Assembly: GCA_964035545.1 (NCBI GenBank)
Contig: OZ037767.1
Span: 26,056,628-26,120,627, forward strand
Direction: 5' to 3'
DNA: 64,000 bases
Source of the DNA: Bugula neritina
Lineage: Eukaryota; Animalia; Bryozoa
Below are positions 36,865 through 50,846 of this stretch, in pieces (positions within the stretch are counted from its first letter, which is position 1; every line of letters starts with the position of its first letter). The notes below the pieces were generated by a model. The model was not told the origin of the DNA. It was given only the letters and a program-made list of their open reading frames with translations, and made no database searches. A program made the translations under genes and the position numbers.

Positions 36865-37997
36865 CAGGGTTGGGGTCAATTACATGTAAATGTAATTAAT
36901 TACAATTACAATTACATGAAGATTTGTCAATTACAATTACAATTATAATTACAGTTGAAAATAAATGTAATTAATTACAATTACAATTACATGGCAATGT
37001 AATTAATTACAATTACAATTACTTTTGTTCTCGCAAGGAATAAATAGAAGTTACTTCTAGGGTCCAACTACCAGCGGCAATGGTGAACCTCTTTTGTTTT
37101 CTACAGTGATATTATTATGTCATTCCATACCAAATCAACCAACTTTCAAGGAGTCCCACATCTTTGTGTCTCAGATTTTGCTCATATTTACACTAAATGG
37201 ACCTACACATGTTCAGATTACCATTCGTGAATATTTCTGGCCTGACACAAAAACATTTTGAGAAATTACTACTTTGGTGAACAAAGGTTGGAAAATTTGT
37301 GATTTATACTTTTAGACCAATTTATATGTAATTTAAAATTTGATTAGGCGAGTATTTGAAATTTTTCAAAATTTACAAAGATTTGTTCATATTCAATGAT
37401 TTTGCATATATGCATACAAAGTATTCTGTAGTATGTGTTGCTACTAGTGCAAATTGTTGGGTATTATCAAATCACAGCAAATTTTAAGGCTCAGTCTAGA
37501 AAATTGATTGAGATATAGACGTTTATAGATTAGTCTAAAAATAGAAATCACAAATTTTCCTCAAAATGTTTCTCAACTTTTGTCCACAAAAGTAGTCAGT
37601 TCTCAAAAAAATTTGTGTCAGGTCAGAAATACTGAAGAAGAGTACTTGAGGCACGTGTAGGTCTATTTGGTGTAAACATTAACAAAATCTGAGACGCAAA
37701 TAGACGCGGGCAATTCGGTGAGCTGGCATGGAATGACCCTACTATATTGACCTAACTATCTGAACTTGTTATTTAACAGTAGGCATTGTAGAAAAAGGAG
37801 TTTTTTAAGATTTAAAAGTTTGAAGTAATTGACATGTAATTATAAAGTAATTGTAAAAATCAATTACATTAGATATGTAATTAATTACAATTACAATTAC
37901 ATTTTTAAACCTCAATTACAAATTACATTCAATTACTTGAAAAAATGTAATTAATTACAGCCAATTACAATTACAAATTACAATTACCCCAACCCTG
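36865..37997. mobile_element. Non-autonomous hAT-type DNA transposon, 1133 bp, unit B only
   Basis: Perfect 12-bp TIRs CAGGGTTGGGGT...ACCCCAACCCTG. 8-bp TSD GTACGAAC at 36857-36864 and 37998-38005; empty site at 3908-3915 in unit A. Subterminal AATTAC arrays at both ends; no transposase ORF. Confidence 0.93.
37119..37737. mobile_element. Older palindromic MITE-like element nested in the hAT element
   Basis: ~190-bp degenerate inverted arms: gtcattccat/atggaatgac, tctcagattttg/caaaatctgaga, cctgacacaaa/tttgtgtcagg, ggaaaatttgtgattt/aaatcacaaattttcc. Confidence 0.75.
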
Positions 37998-40900
37998 GTA
38001 CGAACTCGAGTATGATTTTCCCATCTAAAATTGGAATTAAGATTCTGGGAAGAGATGACAACATCTACGTTGGGCGTGCATTCAGACCCATTGACTCCAA
38101 TATACCTAAATTATTAAACTTATGCTAGTATTACTGTATTCATTCTCGTTGCATGCAGTAGGCTACATACCTACAACATATGTTAGGCTAGTCCACATAT
38201 AATATACATGTTATTTTAAAAAAAAACTTGCAAGTACAAGTGATATGCTTATCAAAAAAAACTTTAGTATAAAAATATATAATGCAAACTTTCAACAAGG
38301 TATATTTAAATTAAACATTATAATATATGCTGAACAATTTATAATAAATAATATATAATACAGTTGAATTTCATATAATTGGCATATAATACATTTAGCA
38401 TAATATAATAGAGATATAATACAATTGGCATATAATACAATAGAGATATAATACAATTGGCATATAATACAATAGAAATATAATACAATTGGCATATAAT
38501 ACAATAGACATATAATACAACAACAAAACAAGGGTGATTTTCATAATGAGAAGTTATCTTACCATCTCCCACAATACAGCAAGTTGCTATCAGGAATGAT
38601 TAAAGTCATAGGTGCATTGAATTTGACTCTTAGATGGGTGTCAGACGCTCTCTTAGTATACTCTATGGCCTGTAAACAGTTGAAATGAAGTTGGTTGAAC
38701 TTACGGAAGGAGAAATTCAGATACTCACACTACCTTAGTAAGTTATATTTTTATTTGATTGTTCAAAAGATTTACTATGATAGAGATTTTTCAAATTTTA
38801 TGTTAAAATGATTTTTTGTCCTAATAATTGCCAATAATAGCCGTAGGAAAATGAATAATGACTATAACAGAGCAAATAATAGGGGTATGAAAGTATATAA
38901 TTATAGAGATATGGGACTGAATATAAATGAGCATAAAAGAGAAAGAAATATGGATATGGAAATGAATAACAGTATATAAGACCAAATAATAGATCTAAGA
39001 GTTTGAATAATGAAGGTATGAGAGTAAATTATAGGCCTATGAGAGCAATTTTTGTGAGCATATGAGATAAAATAATGAGTGAATTTTTGACGATTTCGTA
39101 TGCCATAATATCATGCTCCTTACCTTTACCAACATGTTCTGTGCAGATGTGTTGAATACTGCTTCGTGCTTGTCATTCCAGGAAAAATACTTGTAGTTGA
39201 AGTTATTTAAACCTGGACAAGATTTGGATGTCCGTGCTATAATAAAATCATGTTTCACTTGATAGTTAGTTAACAGAAAAATTACAAGCTGATCATTTAA
39301 ACAAAACTGTTACCAATGTTTGTTGGAAAAAGACTCGAATGGCATTTTAACACAACTTTTGCTTTTAAAGAGCTACCACACTTTAAGCCTACATAATAGC
39401 ATATTTATATAAAAATCATTGTTTTAAATATTGCAATATGACAGGAGCAAGCCTAGTCTGATCAAAAACACTTCACTATATAGAACCCTTCTTCCAACAT
39501 ATAGAAGATACTGTGGAAAACTAAGAGAAAAGCAAATCTAAGCTAATGATAGACTGATAGTGTGATCACTTATAAACACATGGTTTCTGGAATTTTTTTC
39601 TTACAATATTTCATAGTTAGCTTCATGGACTTCATCATGCTTACAATAATGTTATTTCATATTTTATTTATGCTACTCAATTAATATGTTTTGAAAATAA
39701 GCGCAATGAAAATTTAAAAGTAAACCTACATAATATTCTGCTTAGGAAAAGCTCTTGAAAAACTAGCTTTTTTGTAGTTAGAAACTTATTTTTTGCTTTT
39801 AGCAATGAACTCAATATGATTTAAGAGCTTTCCTTTAAAGCATCACAAAAGTAACCTAATTAGATGCACTTTGGTAAAGTCAAAGCATCAGCTAATACAA
39901 TTTTACGTATGTCTCATGCCCAAGAAATACTATTACACTCAAAAAATTAGAAGCATCAGCTAAGCAAAACCAAATCTTTTTAACTTTATACTGAAGTTTT
40001 CAACTTTAACAACAAAGTTCCACAGTTTATAAAACGGACAATGCAGTGTTTATTAAAAGCAAACTTCTACAAATTTTTTGTATAAACATGTTAAATCTTA
40101 GTTTGAAACTTTCATTTATAAGTATTGTAAAATTAGATCATATTGCATAAAAATTATTTAAACTCACATTCTGCAGGCGTGACTGAATCAATTTCAATGA
40201 CTAGGATGGTTCTGTAATCTTGCCATCCTGTAAGGGCATTTGTATTAGCAAACCCCTCACAAGTTCCAACTACTAGATCCACCTGCTGGTCACCTTCATC
40301 CAAACCATAGCAGGTTCCATCAACTGCATGTAAAATATTGTTGAACTCGGAAGTTTGGTTTAGTCAGAAAAAAATTGATATAATCATCATATTAAAACAG
40401 CAAAAATAGTGTATTATGAATTATATATTATAGCCTACTCGTAATTTTATTTAAACTGAAATTATTTTAGTCTAATTGCATGTAACATAAAGCATGCAGT
40501 TATATGTAGAAGCTGCATGTATATTATATTTGCTTTTATCGTTATAATTTCAATTATAATTGACATCAAAGCTTTGTCATACATATTTAAATCTAAGCAA
40601 CTAAATTACAGATATCGTCATTATCTAATTTCTAAACATCAAGGCTACAAAATAAAAAAGTGCAGGCATTTAAATTCAAAGAAACTGTCTAAGAGAGAAA
40701 ATCATACTCACTGTCCATCACTCTCACATAGTTGACACTTTGAGATGAAAAGTCCAGCTGTTCAATATTTCCTGGATTCGTACATTTGTTGCCATTAAAA
40801 GTTAAATACCAGTGGTTGCATAAGTTGGCTACGTTGACATGGGCTCGGATTGGTATGTGTGCTATCACTCGAAGGCCAGAGGTACTTTTCTTTTTTGGGT

Positions 40901-42433
40901 AAACTAAACGCTAGCAATAACCACAAGACTACTGTTATGACTTATCAACTGTTTATAAAATAAGGTAAACCAAAAAAAATTAGAATATACTAGAATGCTT
41001 TATTCTAGTATATTCTAATTTTTTTTGTTTATGTATTAAAATGAAGCCTTAATTATATAGCCAATAATACTTTATTAGGAAAATTCATCATTAAATGATT
41101 AATACATCTTGTCAAGTTTTTAAGGAGGTGTTCTTCTGTTTGTACTCAAAATGTTTTATTATTCATATTTATAACTATAACAAAAATACATAATTAATCT
41201 ATAATCACAGTATATATAGAATATTGTATGGCTTTGTAACTCGTTTTAAGCTGCAACATGCTGTAGCATGTAAAATGCCATTCTTTATGCAATATATACA
41301 ATGGTGGACTTACCATGACAGATCCAGAGTCTCTGTCATCCTGTAGTATTCCGCTAAAATAGTGTCTGGCACCTAAGTATTCCTGATCAAAGTCACAGCT
41401 GCTTCTCGAATAATCTAAAGATAAACATGAATTTATCATCTTGTATGAATTTGATGTACTTTTAAACATCAGTTGTAGAATTATGCAAAATATATAAATG
41501 CAACCAACATACTAATTATTAAAGAATAGTATTTTATTAATGTGTAAATGTAACAAACAGGAGCTTTTAGTGGAAGCAAAAATATTATTTCTGCCAAGGC
41601 AATATCTGTAACTTTGCGAAGACATTAGCAGCAGCTGATCAAAACCAAACTGAACTTATATAAAAATAGTTTTATCGTTATTCAAAAACAATTGTAATTA
41701 TTACTGCTGAAAGCATGACATGAGAAGGAGAGAAAGACTACACCTGTCTTGAAGTAAAATCAAAAGAAAATAAAATGCTATATAATTAGCCATGCTATTC
41801 TGCAGTTTTAACCATTTTGATTTTCTTTTAAATTAATAAGAAATCTTTCATTGGATATTTATTCACTTTTTTGATATATGATTTTGCTATGCACTTGTAC
41901 ATTTGCTATAATAGTCACTTTAAAAAGTTTTGGTGTAAGCCTAAGCCAAGCAATTTTTATCAGACTCTAAAATGTCTGTTTTAGTAAAAGTCTTGTTATA
42001 ACTTTTGAAATCCGTTTTTGAAAAAATAGCAGAACTAAACAAATAAAACTGCAAATTTTACATACTACTCTTTATCTCAAATTTTAAACAAGTTTGTAGT
42101 TCAAATCTTTATTTCCTGATTCATTGAATAATTCTTATTTCACTTTTATTGTAAAAGTTGCACTTGCATGACTGAAATTGCTATTTATTTAAAACCTAAA
42201 TAATGCTAAATTTTTTGTATTATTGTCAACAAGACAGTAGGACAGCTATGTCTAGCTGTGATGTAACATACTTATTAGTAATAGCTATTCCGATACCTAA
42301 ACAGACTGGTGAATCAAGTACTTCTTCTCGGCAACCAAGAAAGCAGATTTCATTATTAGAACACTCCATTCCATTGCAGTTGTCATGCTAGAAGTTTAAT
42401 GATAATATATTATACTATATGATACAATGAATT

Positions 42434-42776
<343 letters not shown>

Positions 42777-45700
42777 TGATTATTATACCTCTCCAGTTCG
42801 TATCATTCTCATAAAGCTGTTTGCAGAAGCTAAAACTCCTTTTATCTTGTTTTCACCATTTCCCTCTAAATGATGGCAAACACCTACAATGTTGAAAGAC
42901 ATGATCTCTTATCCTGTGGGTAGATAACACTTCTCTTTACTGATAAAATTACTTAGAGATAGGTTTAATTACTTGCTGTGTTTTGAAACAAAAGAAATAA
43001 TCTATGAAACTCTCTTATGTAATGGTGCTTATCTGTTACTTGTTGATTGAAAATCAATTGTTTTCACACTAACAATCTTGGAGAAGTGAAACATATAGCA
43101 CCATAATACTTGTGCTAAGAACTAGTTTTACATTTATATGGTTGCAGTCCTGTTCTTCTATTCATGGTATTAAATTCAGGTTTCATTATGAAAAACTCAT
43201 GCTAAAACTATATATTTACAATGTTAGCATTTTGGTGCCAACTATAAGATTTTTAATACCATAAATTACATTATAGTTTAGGTTTGATAAGTATGTAAAT
43301 TAGTTGCTCTTTTTTATTTTAGTCCTTTATTGCTTTATCACAATAACTAAGCCTCACTTCAAGCGCACACTTGTTTACGATAGATAATCCATAGAACAGC
43401 TCTTATTCCTAATTGCTTAGACTAAAATAAACTCTGCCACAAAGCTCCAATTTCCTGAGTAGAAAACAGATAAAAGGATTCTGCGATGGATGCCTATCAG
43501 AAATACTATATCAATAATAAATCAAATTCTTATTTTGAAATAAATTACTTTTCTGACGTCATAAACCGGTAAGAATTTCTTTTGTTGGTATGTGCTACAT
43601 ATAATTGTAAAGGCAAGTCCATAGAGTGTGTTTAGTAAACGAATACTTGGTGAAAACTTAATTTGCTTATGGAAATATTAATTTACAAGTTCATAGAAAT
43701 ATCCATACACCATGCAAATATAAAGCATACATGTATAGCGGCTACACTGTATCACAAAGCTAACTTTAGCGTCTGCTAACAATATCTGTTAAGAATTTAC
43801 AAGGAGCATGTCATTTTTAGCAGCCCTATACTCTATATATTACAAATTATTTTCTAAATTTTGCTTTTTAATATGAATGATTCTTTAAAACTAGGATGGA
43901 TATTGTAAATTTGTTAATGATTAAATCTATAGCAAAGTAAGTTTAAGCTGTTAATTGATTTAGCATAACTTAATTACAATAAGTCTATATATGATAATTG
44001 ACGATATGAAAAAGTCTGTCAATAAATTTATTATGCTAAGGCTAAAGCTATAGCAAATGGATGCTGTATAGCCCTTTTTAGTTATTGATTTTTAGATTAT
44101 GCATATTTATATAAAATTTTTGTTATAACATCTAATATATTATAATATGTATATATAAATATATTATAGGTGAGTATGATTTTATTTAAATATCCTGAAG
44201 ATAATGTTGATTTTTATTTTGAATTGTAATACCTTTTCTACACAAACGAATTAGAATATTTTTAGACTGATATATTGATGCATTAGGTATAGGTTAGCAA
44301 TAATAATGTTGCTACACTTTGCAAACACATGCACACAATATAACATACTACTAGCTGTGTACAATATTACCGCAGTATGTGCTATATTTCTAAACTGGCA
44401 ATTGATATAATTTAGTCCCAGTTCACGTTTTAGTTTCTAAATAGAAAAAAATTTTGTAATAAAAGATTTCAAATAGCTAGAACAGTAGATACTCTTAAAA
44501 CTATATTGCCAGTTTTTGCTGACTCCTAATTTATAATGACTGTAATTTGTAACCACTTTGATTTTTTTAGTATACCAGTAGACAAAGCCTATAGTTGATG
44601 ATATAATATTATATTATCAACTTGAACAGTTTCCAGTTGTGCAAATTATAGCTTCATAGCGATGGGGCCTACTTTTTGACTTTTTGTACGGAGCCTCTTT
44701 ATGAGGTAGATTAGAATATGAGTATATGCTAAATAAGCTAAATAATTGAATAATTGATTATATGAATTATTTAGTGTTTATATCCCATAAATAACTGTAT
44801 ATGAGCTATATTTGGCGTCTTACACTATTGAGTAAAAACTAGAAATCCTTCGTGACCCGCTGACCTTTATACTGACCTTGCTGCCGCTCTTAGAAAAACT
44901 CACCATCTTGTGTGTAGAATGCTGCCTGACATGCATTCTTTGAGCTGATACAGTTCACCACACACTCTAGCTTACTTCTAGCATCAACTATCCTGTCCAC
45001 TTCTGCACTCTGTTCAGATAAATCGACATTCTTCTCAACTGGAATTTTGCTGGTTGTACAGCTCCCCAAGTCTAAAAGAGCAACTTTTACTTTTGCAGAT
45101 TGTACAGAGCACCAAGAGATAAAACTTGAAGACTGGATTGCTTTTGTCTGATATAATCATTATAGCTACATATCATTTTGGTCTACAGATACCGTGATCA
45201 TTTCAATAATAGTAAAATTTTAAATACAATAAAAATGTATTTTGAAAGATGTTTATAGGCATCTTCTATTACTAACTATAGGTATTACCACAGCCATATT
45301 GATTAATGGTTAAATATATAGTTCATAAACATAGTTTCTATTTGGGTTTCCTCATTAGTATCTAGCCTTTTTTATAGCATAGACTACTCATACAATGGTT
45401 CATAGTCAATAAAGCTACTTAACCTACAAAAATTATACTGCTGAACTATTTTATATAACAAAGTAAGGGTGGCTAATGGTTTCACCCTAAATTTCAAGCC
45501 TGAGGTCACCCTACCTAAGGCTGATTCAGTTGATCCGTTGAGAGTGAGCAGTAGGATGCTGTAAACAAACCCTTCAACTCCTTTCAGCTTCATTTTCACA
45601 AGTAATGTTGTTTCACCAGATGACTGATGTCATGTCACATTTAATTTTTAATCAATAGTTTAATGCTGACATTTACGTCTACTCAAAGAACACAAGTCAA

Positions 45701-46323
45701 GTTTTCTTATAGAATATTGATTTTAAAGAATGTAAACAATAAAAGGTTAAACACATAATATGTCTACAAGGTTTGTGATACTACATACAGATTGGTTAGA
45801 TACTAAAAGGCACTTACAAATATTTTTTGTATAGCATGATTGGTGATGCAAGGTCCATTACTCCCATAAAGTAAAACATACCATTATAATTATGATTACT
45901 AATTATTGCATTTGTATATAATATGTAAAATATATGTATAGTAAAAGCATAGAAAAATAGTTATTAAATTGAGTAAAAATATTACAAACTATTCTTTGTG
46001 TTGTTAATATTATTATGCAACGTAGCATTATTTCCAAAGCATTATTTTAAAATGGTATAGTTGTTGAAAAGAATATTTTGTGGTGATATTATTATACATA
46101 GTTTAGACTTTAGTAGTTCATAGAATAATTTATAGAAGCACCTATAACATATTGAGTATATAAGTTTCATTTGTAGAATGCCACACTTTCAGATAATATA
46201 TATTTCTGTTGATTTTTAGCATTAACACAGTTACAATATTATTTTAGACATGCACATTAAGCTCAAAAATTAAGTTCTAAATTCTCAGTTTCCAAGTCGA
46301 TTCAAAATAGTTTAGTAAAGCTG

Positions 46324-49300
46324 CTATTGCTTTTTGATAATGTCATCACACAGTTGTTGGATGAGATCTCTAACTTGATGACTCTCTCCATTACGGGCTC
46401 CTAGACTGGCCACCATCACTCCTGATACTCCAAGTCCATAGTCTACAGCACTGTACTTATTCATATCCTGTTTCCCAGCTTTGCTGTAAAGATTTATTTT
46501 ATACAATACATGTATATTGAGCTAAAATTGCTATAACTTTTATCAGATGCATATCAAAATAATATAGACTTATAACAATATGCGCTAGTGCACTTGTCAG
46601 TTAATAATTTATATACAAATATAATAAATATTAAACAGAAAATAGCTAAAAGTTTGACAGAATTTTTATAACTATTTTTGTAACATTATGTAATACTATT
46701 AGTATGCAGTGTTGCAACCACTATTTATTGCTATAAAGTTAATATTACCTCTTGATGAAGTATAGACGATAAGACTTGAAGAAACACATCAGGGAAATAG
46801 CCAGAGTACAAACAGCATTAACAGATATAGCAATAGTTACTCCATACACCCAGATTAGTACTGATTTTAAAAGAGGACCAGCAATGAAGTACAGAGTGTC
46901 ATCTGATATTATAGACTCCTGGGTTATCAGACACTGAACAGTGTAATGGTGGAGGTTTTGACCGAGTTTTCTTACCTAAAATCGATCATGTACATTATAG
47001 AAAGTAAAACAATGACACCCAGGCATGCAAAAATACAATCAACCACAATATTATAGTTACTCCCCTTTGCACTAGACTCACAACTGATAAGCTCTATCAT
47101 TGGAAAAAACAATAAAACCGTCTAATTTTTCTTCGTTGCGCAAATTATTTTAAATGTGATGTGTCGTAGTCACATCGGAATTTAAGCAACTTTTCTGCCT
47201 TTTAAAAAAGTTAAAACTTTCAGAAATACATACTGAAAAGTTACACAACACAGAAACTGATGCCCTGGTATCTTCTACTTGGCTTATACTTTGTATAGAG
47301 GTGGTGGCAGAGCTGGTGTTCATTTGAGAAACTGCTTGGACATTGAGTACTTTCAGTATGAGAATCACACAGACAATCACAGAGCCTAGCTTGGTGATGA
47401 GGAACCTGAAGATAATATCACATTGTGCTGCATCTAACATATCTATTTAATAATGTATGTAAACTAAAAGCCTAAATAAACTTGCTGTAATATATAATTT
47501 GCTGGGCTTATTTCTCAACCAACATGCAGAAGAGACCAACCTTTTAGCCTAATGTCACCAAACAAACTTATATATAAGTAGTTCTCAAATATATTATACT
47601 TATAGATAATTGGTGTTTATTGACGTTACTAATAATATTTGGGAATGGACCGCAATATCAAAAACGAGGTGAATACAGCATGCATAAGCTACTATTCATA
47701 GATTGCACATGTCATAATTCATGAAATATTTCAGAAAACTCTATAATTTACTTTTTTGCAATCATCTTTGGGGTAAATCCTGAGCTTACCACAAAACGAG
47801 GCTGAGATGTTTCCATACGCTGTTTCCATTATTCACCATAAACTCTGAGCCATCTATATTTCCAGCCATTGCTCTCCACAAAAATAAAGGTGCTAAACTT
47901 AAAACTCCCAGCAGAATCAAAGTAGTGAATGGAGGTGTTGTCTTCGTAGGAAATAAAGATTTTAGACTAATCTAAAAGTAAGTATTGAATAAGTATAAGA
48001 TATGCGTGCGTAATAAGCTGAAATTAATTAACTAGCATTATGGGCTATCTTCGAAGGTTTTAAATGACTAATAATTCTTTCTAATGAGAGAGTGAAGTCT
48101 TATAAGTTACAGGCAAAAGTAAATAATAAAAATTATTTTTATCAAGTAGCATATGTGATGTTGAAATATAGAAGACTATGTTGAAGAAATACTGTATTTA
48201 TCATACAATTTGGGCACCCATGAGTAGCATTTTAAGTAAGGCTACAGATATATTTCTATTACTAAATCGTACTCAAAATAAAAGTATTTGAAAAATTAAC
48301 CTAAGAGCGTAACTGGTTGTTTGATTTTTCAAAATCTTTAAAAGAATCTCTGCTTTTATTGATAAAAGTAAAGGACTAAGTTACTTTCTGCATTAAAATG
48401 GTCAAATTCAAAAAATTTAGCCAGAGCAACACTTGAATATAATTATACACATTGTATATTTGATATAACAAAATAATTTACTGGCTGCAGAGTTGTGTAG
48501 ACATCCGGTATGGAGTAATCACTAAAGTTGTATTCATATAGCTTGGCCTGATCACTCAAACAGATCTGGTGCCCATAATCTATCCAGTCACTTGAAAACT
48601 CAGCAGGGAACCAGCAACTTATGTTTTCTTTTGAAACGGCAGCACCTTGTGAAGGAGATGCAAAGACCAGCAGAAAGGCGGATGTAATCAGAATAATAGG
48701 AGTTACCAGGTAGAGAAGGAACTCTATGTAATTGAAGTCCCACCATAAATGCCCAACTCTGTGAGAGAAAGAGGAAAGTGTTTGGAATAACAGTTGTATA
48801 ATTTATATATAAATTGACAAGGATTCCTATGCTAAACTTCATCATCTTCAGAGATAATAAATTAAAAAGTTTAAGGTCAAAGGTTATAGATATATGATTA
48901 GGTCAAGTAACTTGAATGCAATCTATCTGACCCCTAGAGTAGTTCAAACTGCATCATGTTTGCTTATTTCAAACTTGTGAAACATGAAAAATAGCTTAAA
49001 TTATCTGCTAGCTAGGCTTTGGATATTACTTACAAGTGTATATACTACACTAGTGCTGCTAAGTCAGCATGTATTTCTACTAAGCATAACCAGATGTTTA
49101 CTCCAGTTGAATTCTACTTCAGAGCATAGAATAAAATAAGTTGATAACTAACTTTATAAGCCCATCATTACTTTAATAACTAGACTCTTAGCCTTTTAAA
49201 GACAAATAAAAAAGCGTGTTCTGCAAACATGTTCTTAGACTGTGTTACATCGACGTGTGGTTCATAAAAGCCTATTGTTGTATTCTTGAGTAGAAAGGAT

Positions 49301-50082
49301 AATTTATGTAGATATCATACAATGTCGTATATTTGAATTCCAGAAAAATACAATTAGCTCAGAGAAAATTCACTGTTTATATACAAAATATTACATAGCT
49401 TTTTAGTGATAGCCGATCATAATACAAAGTTACAATAGATGCTTCATGGCTATATGGCTGTTATTTATTGTCATAGTCAGGGCTGTAGCAGCATCCGTTG
49501 CATATGTAACACCTATAGAGAATTTTAGTAGCTTTCAAGCAAAGGAAACAAAGCATCCAAGTAAATATAAGGAAAAACATAGAGCTATTGGTTGTGATGT
49601 TTAGTAAACATTGATTACATTCATATTCCAAATAAAAGTTTAAAGTTGACATTTCCAAAGATTCAGTTTTAAGTATAATAACTCATACTGCACCTAGCAC
49701 TGTGTTCACCAATAAACTAGTCTGTAATACTGCTAAGCTGCTGCATTCAGTTTAACTTGCTAACCAATAAGTGTGGTATGCAAGTTTTAAAGCTACTATA
49801 GTCCAGCATTCTGTTTTTAAGAATGCTAAACTTGCACGTGTTTATGTTGCATAGCCAAAGTTGGAGAACATATTCCGTACTGGCAAAATACATGCTACTA
49901 TAGTGACGTTAGTTACTGTTTGATACTTAAATTATTTGCTGTTATACAGGTTACTGTTACTTACACAGTTACACTTACACTTACAGCCTAGAGGTATGTA
50001 GTCTGAGTAACTTTACTTACAGTCTGTGACAATCAGTTGATGTCTGATGGTACTGCTCCTCATTTACATATTTTTCTGCCAT
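46324..50082 (-). CDS. inx: Divergent innexin paralog 2, copy B
   Basis: Copy of 12183..15941 at offset +34141; no coding differences seen. Confidence 0.87.
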
Positions 50083-50637
50083 CTCCCAACTATTAGCAAA
50101 GTATAGGTGATCTACTTACACACCCTCTATAGTGTGCACTATAACTCAAGTACAGTTTGCGTATGCTTCTAGCTCACTTGCTAGTTACTAGCTATTACAA
50201 CCCACAATGCTTTACACTTTCACAGCTATGTCAGCTGGTGTTGCCTAGTTTAGCCTTTGCTCTTTAGCTAGGATATTTAGTACGTAAGGTCTTTTGTTAT
50301 GATGTTTATTGCATCAGAAGGAAATAAATGATGATTTCAGCTTTTGCAATCTTGTTACTGATAATGGTTGTTGTCAATTGAACAAACAATGCCCTAGTTT
50401 ATGCCTGTACAGTGTACAGTTTGTATGCAGGTACACTATTTGAACATATAGAATTTGAAACTTACTGCATATAAGTGTACAGTAGCCTACATTGCATAAT
50501 ACTTCATTATATGGTTCATATCATATGATATATACATGTATATAATATATATGTATATATATACATGTATATAATATATATGTATATATATACATGTATA
50601 TAATATATGATATGTGACAAATAATAGACTATATATA

Positions 50638-50846
50638 GGGAGCAGCCATGGTCTATAGGGGTTAGAGCGTTGGCCTAGTAAACACTAAGTCATGTGTTCA
50701 AACCTGGACAAAGGACATTGGTGATGTTAGGAAGAGCATCCAGTCATAATTGCTCCTGTGCCTCATCTAAATAATAACTCCTTAGCCTGCTTTAACAAAA
50801 AACTCTTTTCATCAGGGGTTTCTCACAGGGATGGCGACTATAAACT
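50638..50846 (+). mobile_element. tRNA-derived SINE, copy B
   Basis: Copy of 16497..16705. Confidence 0.65.
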
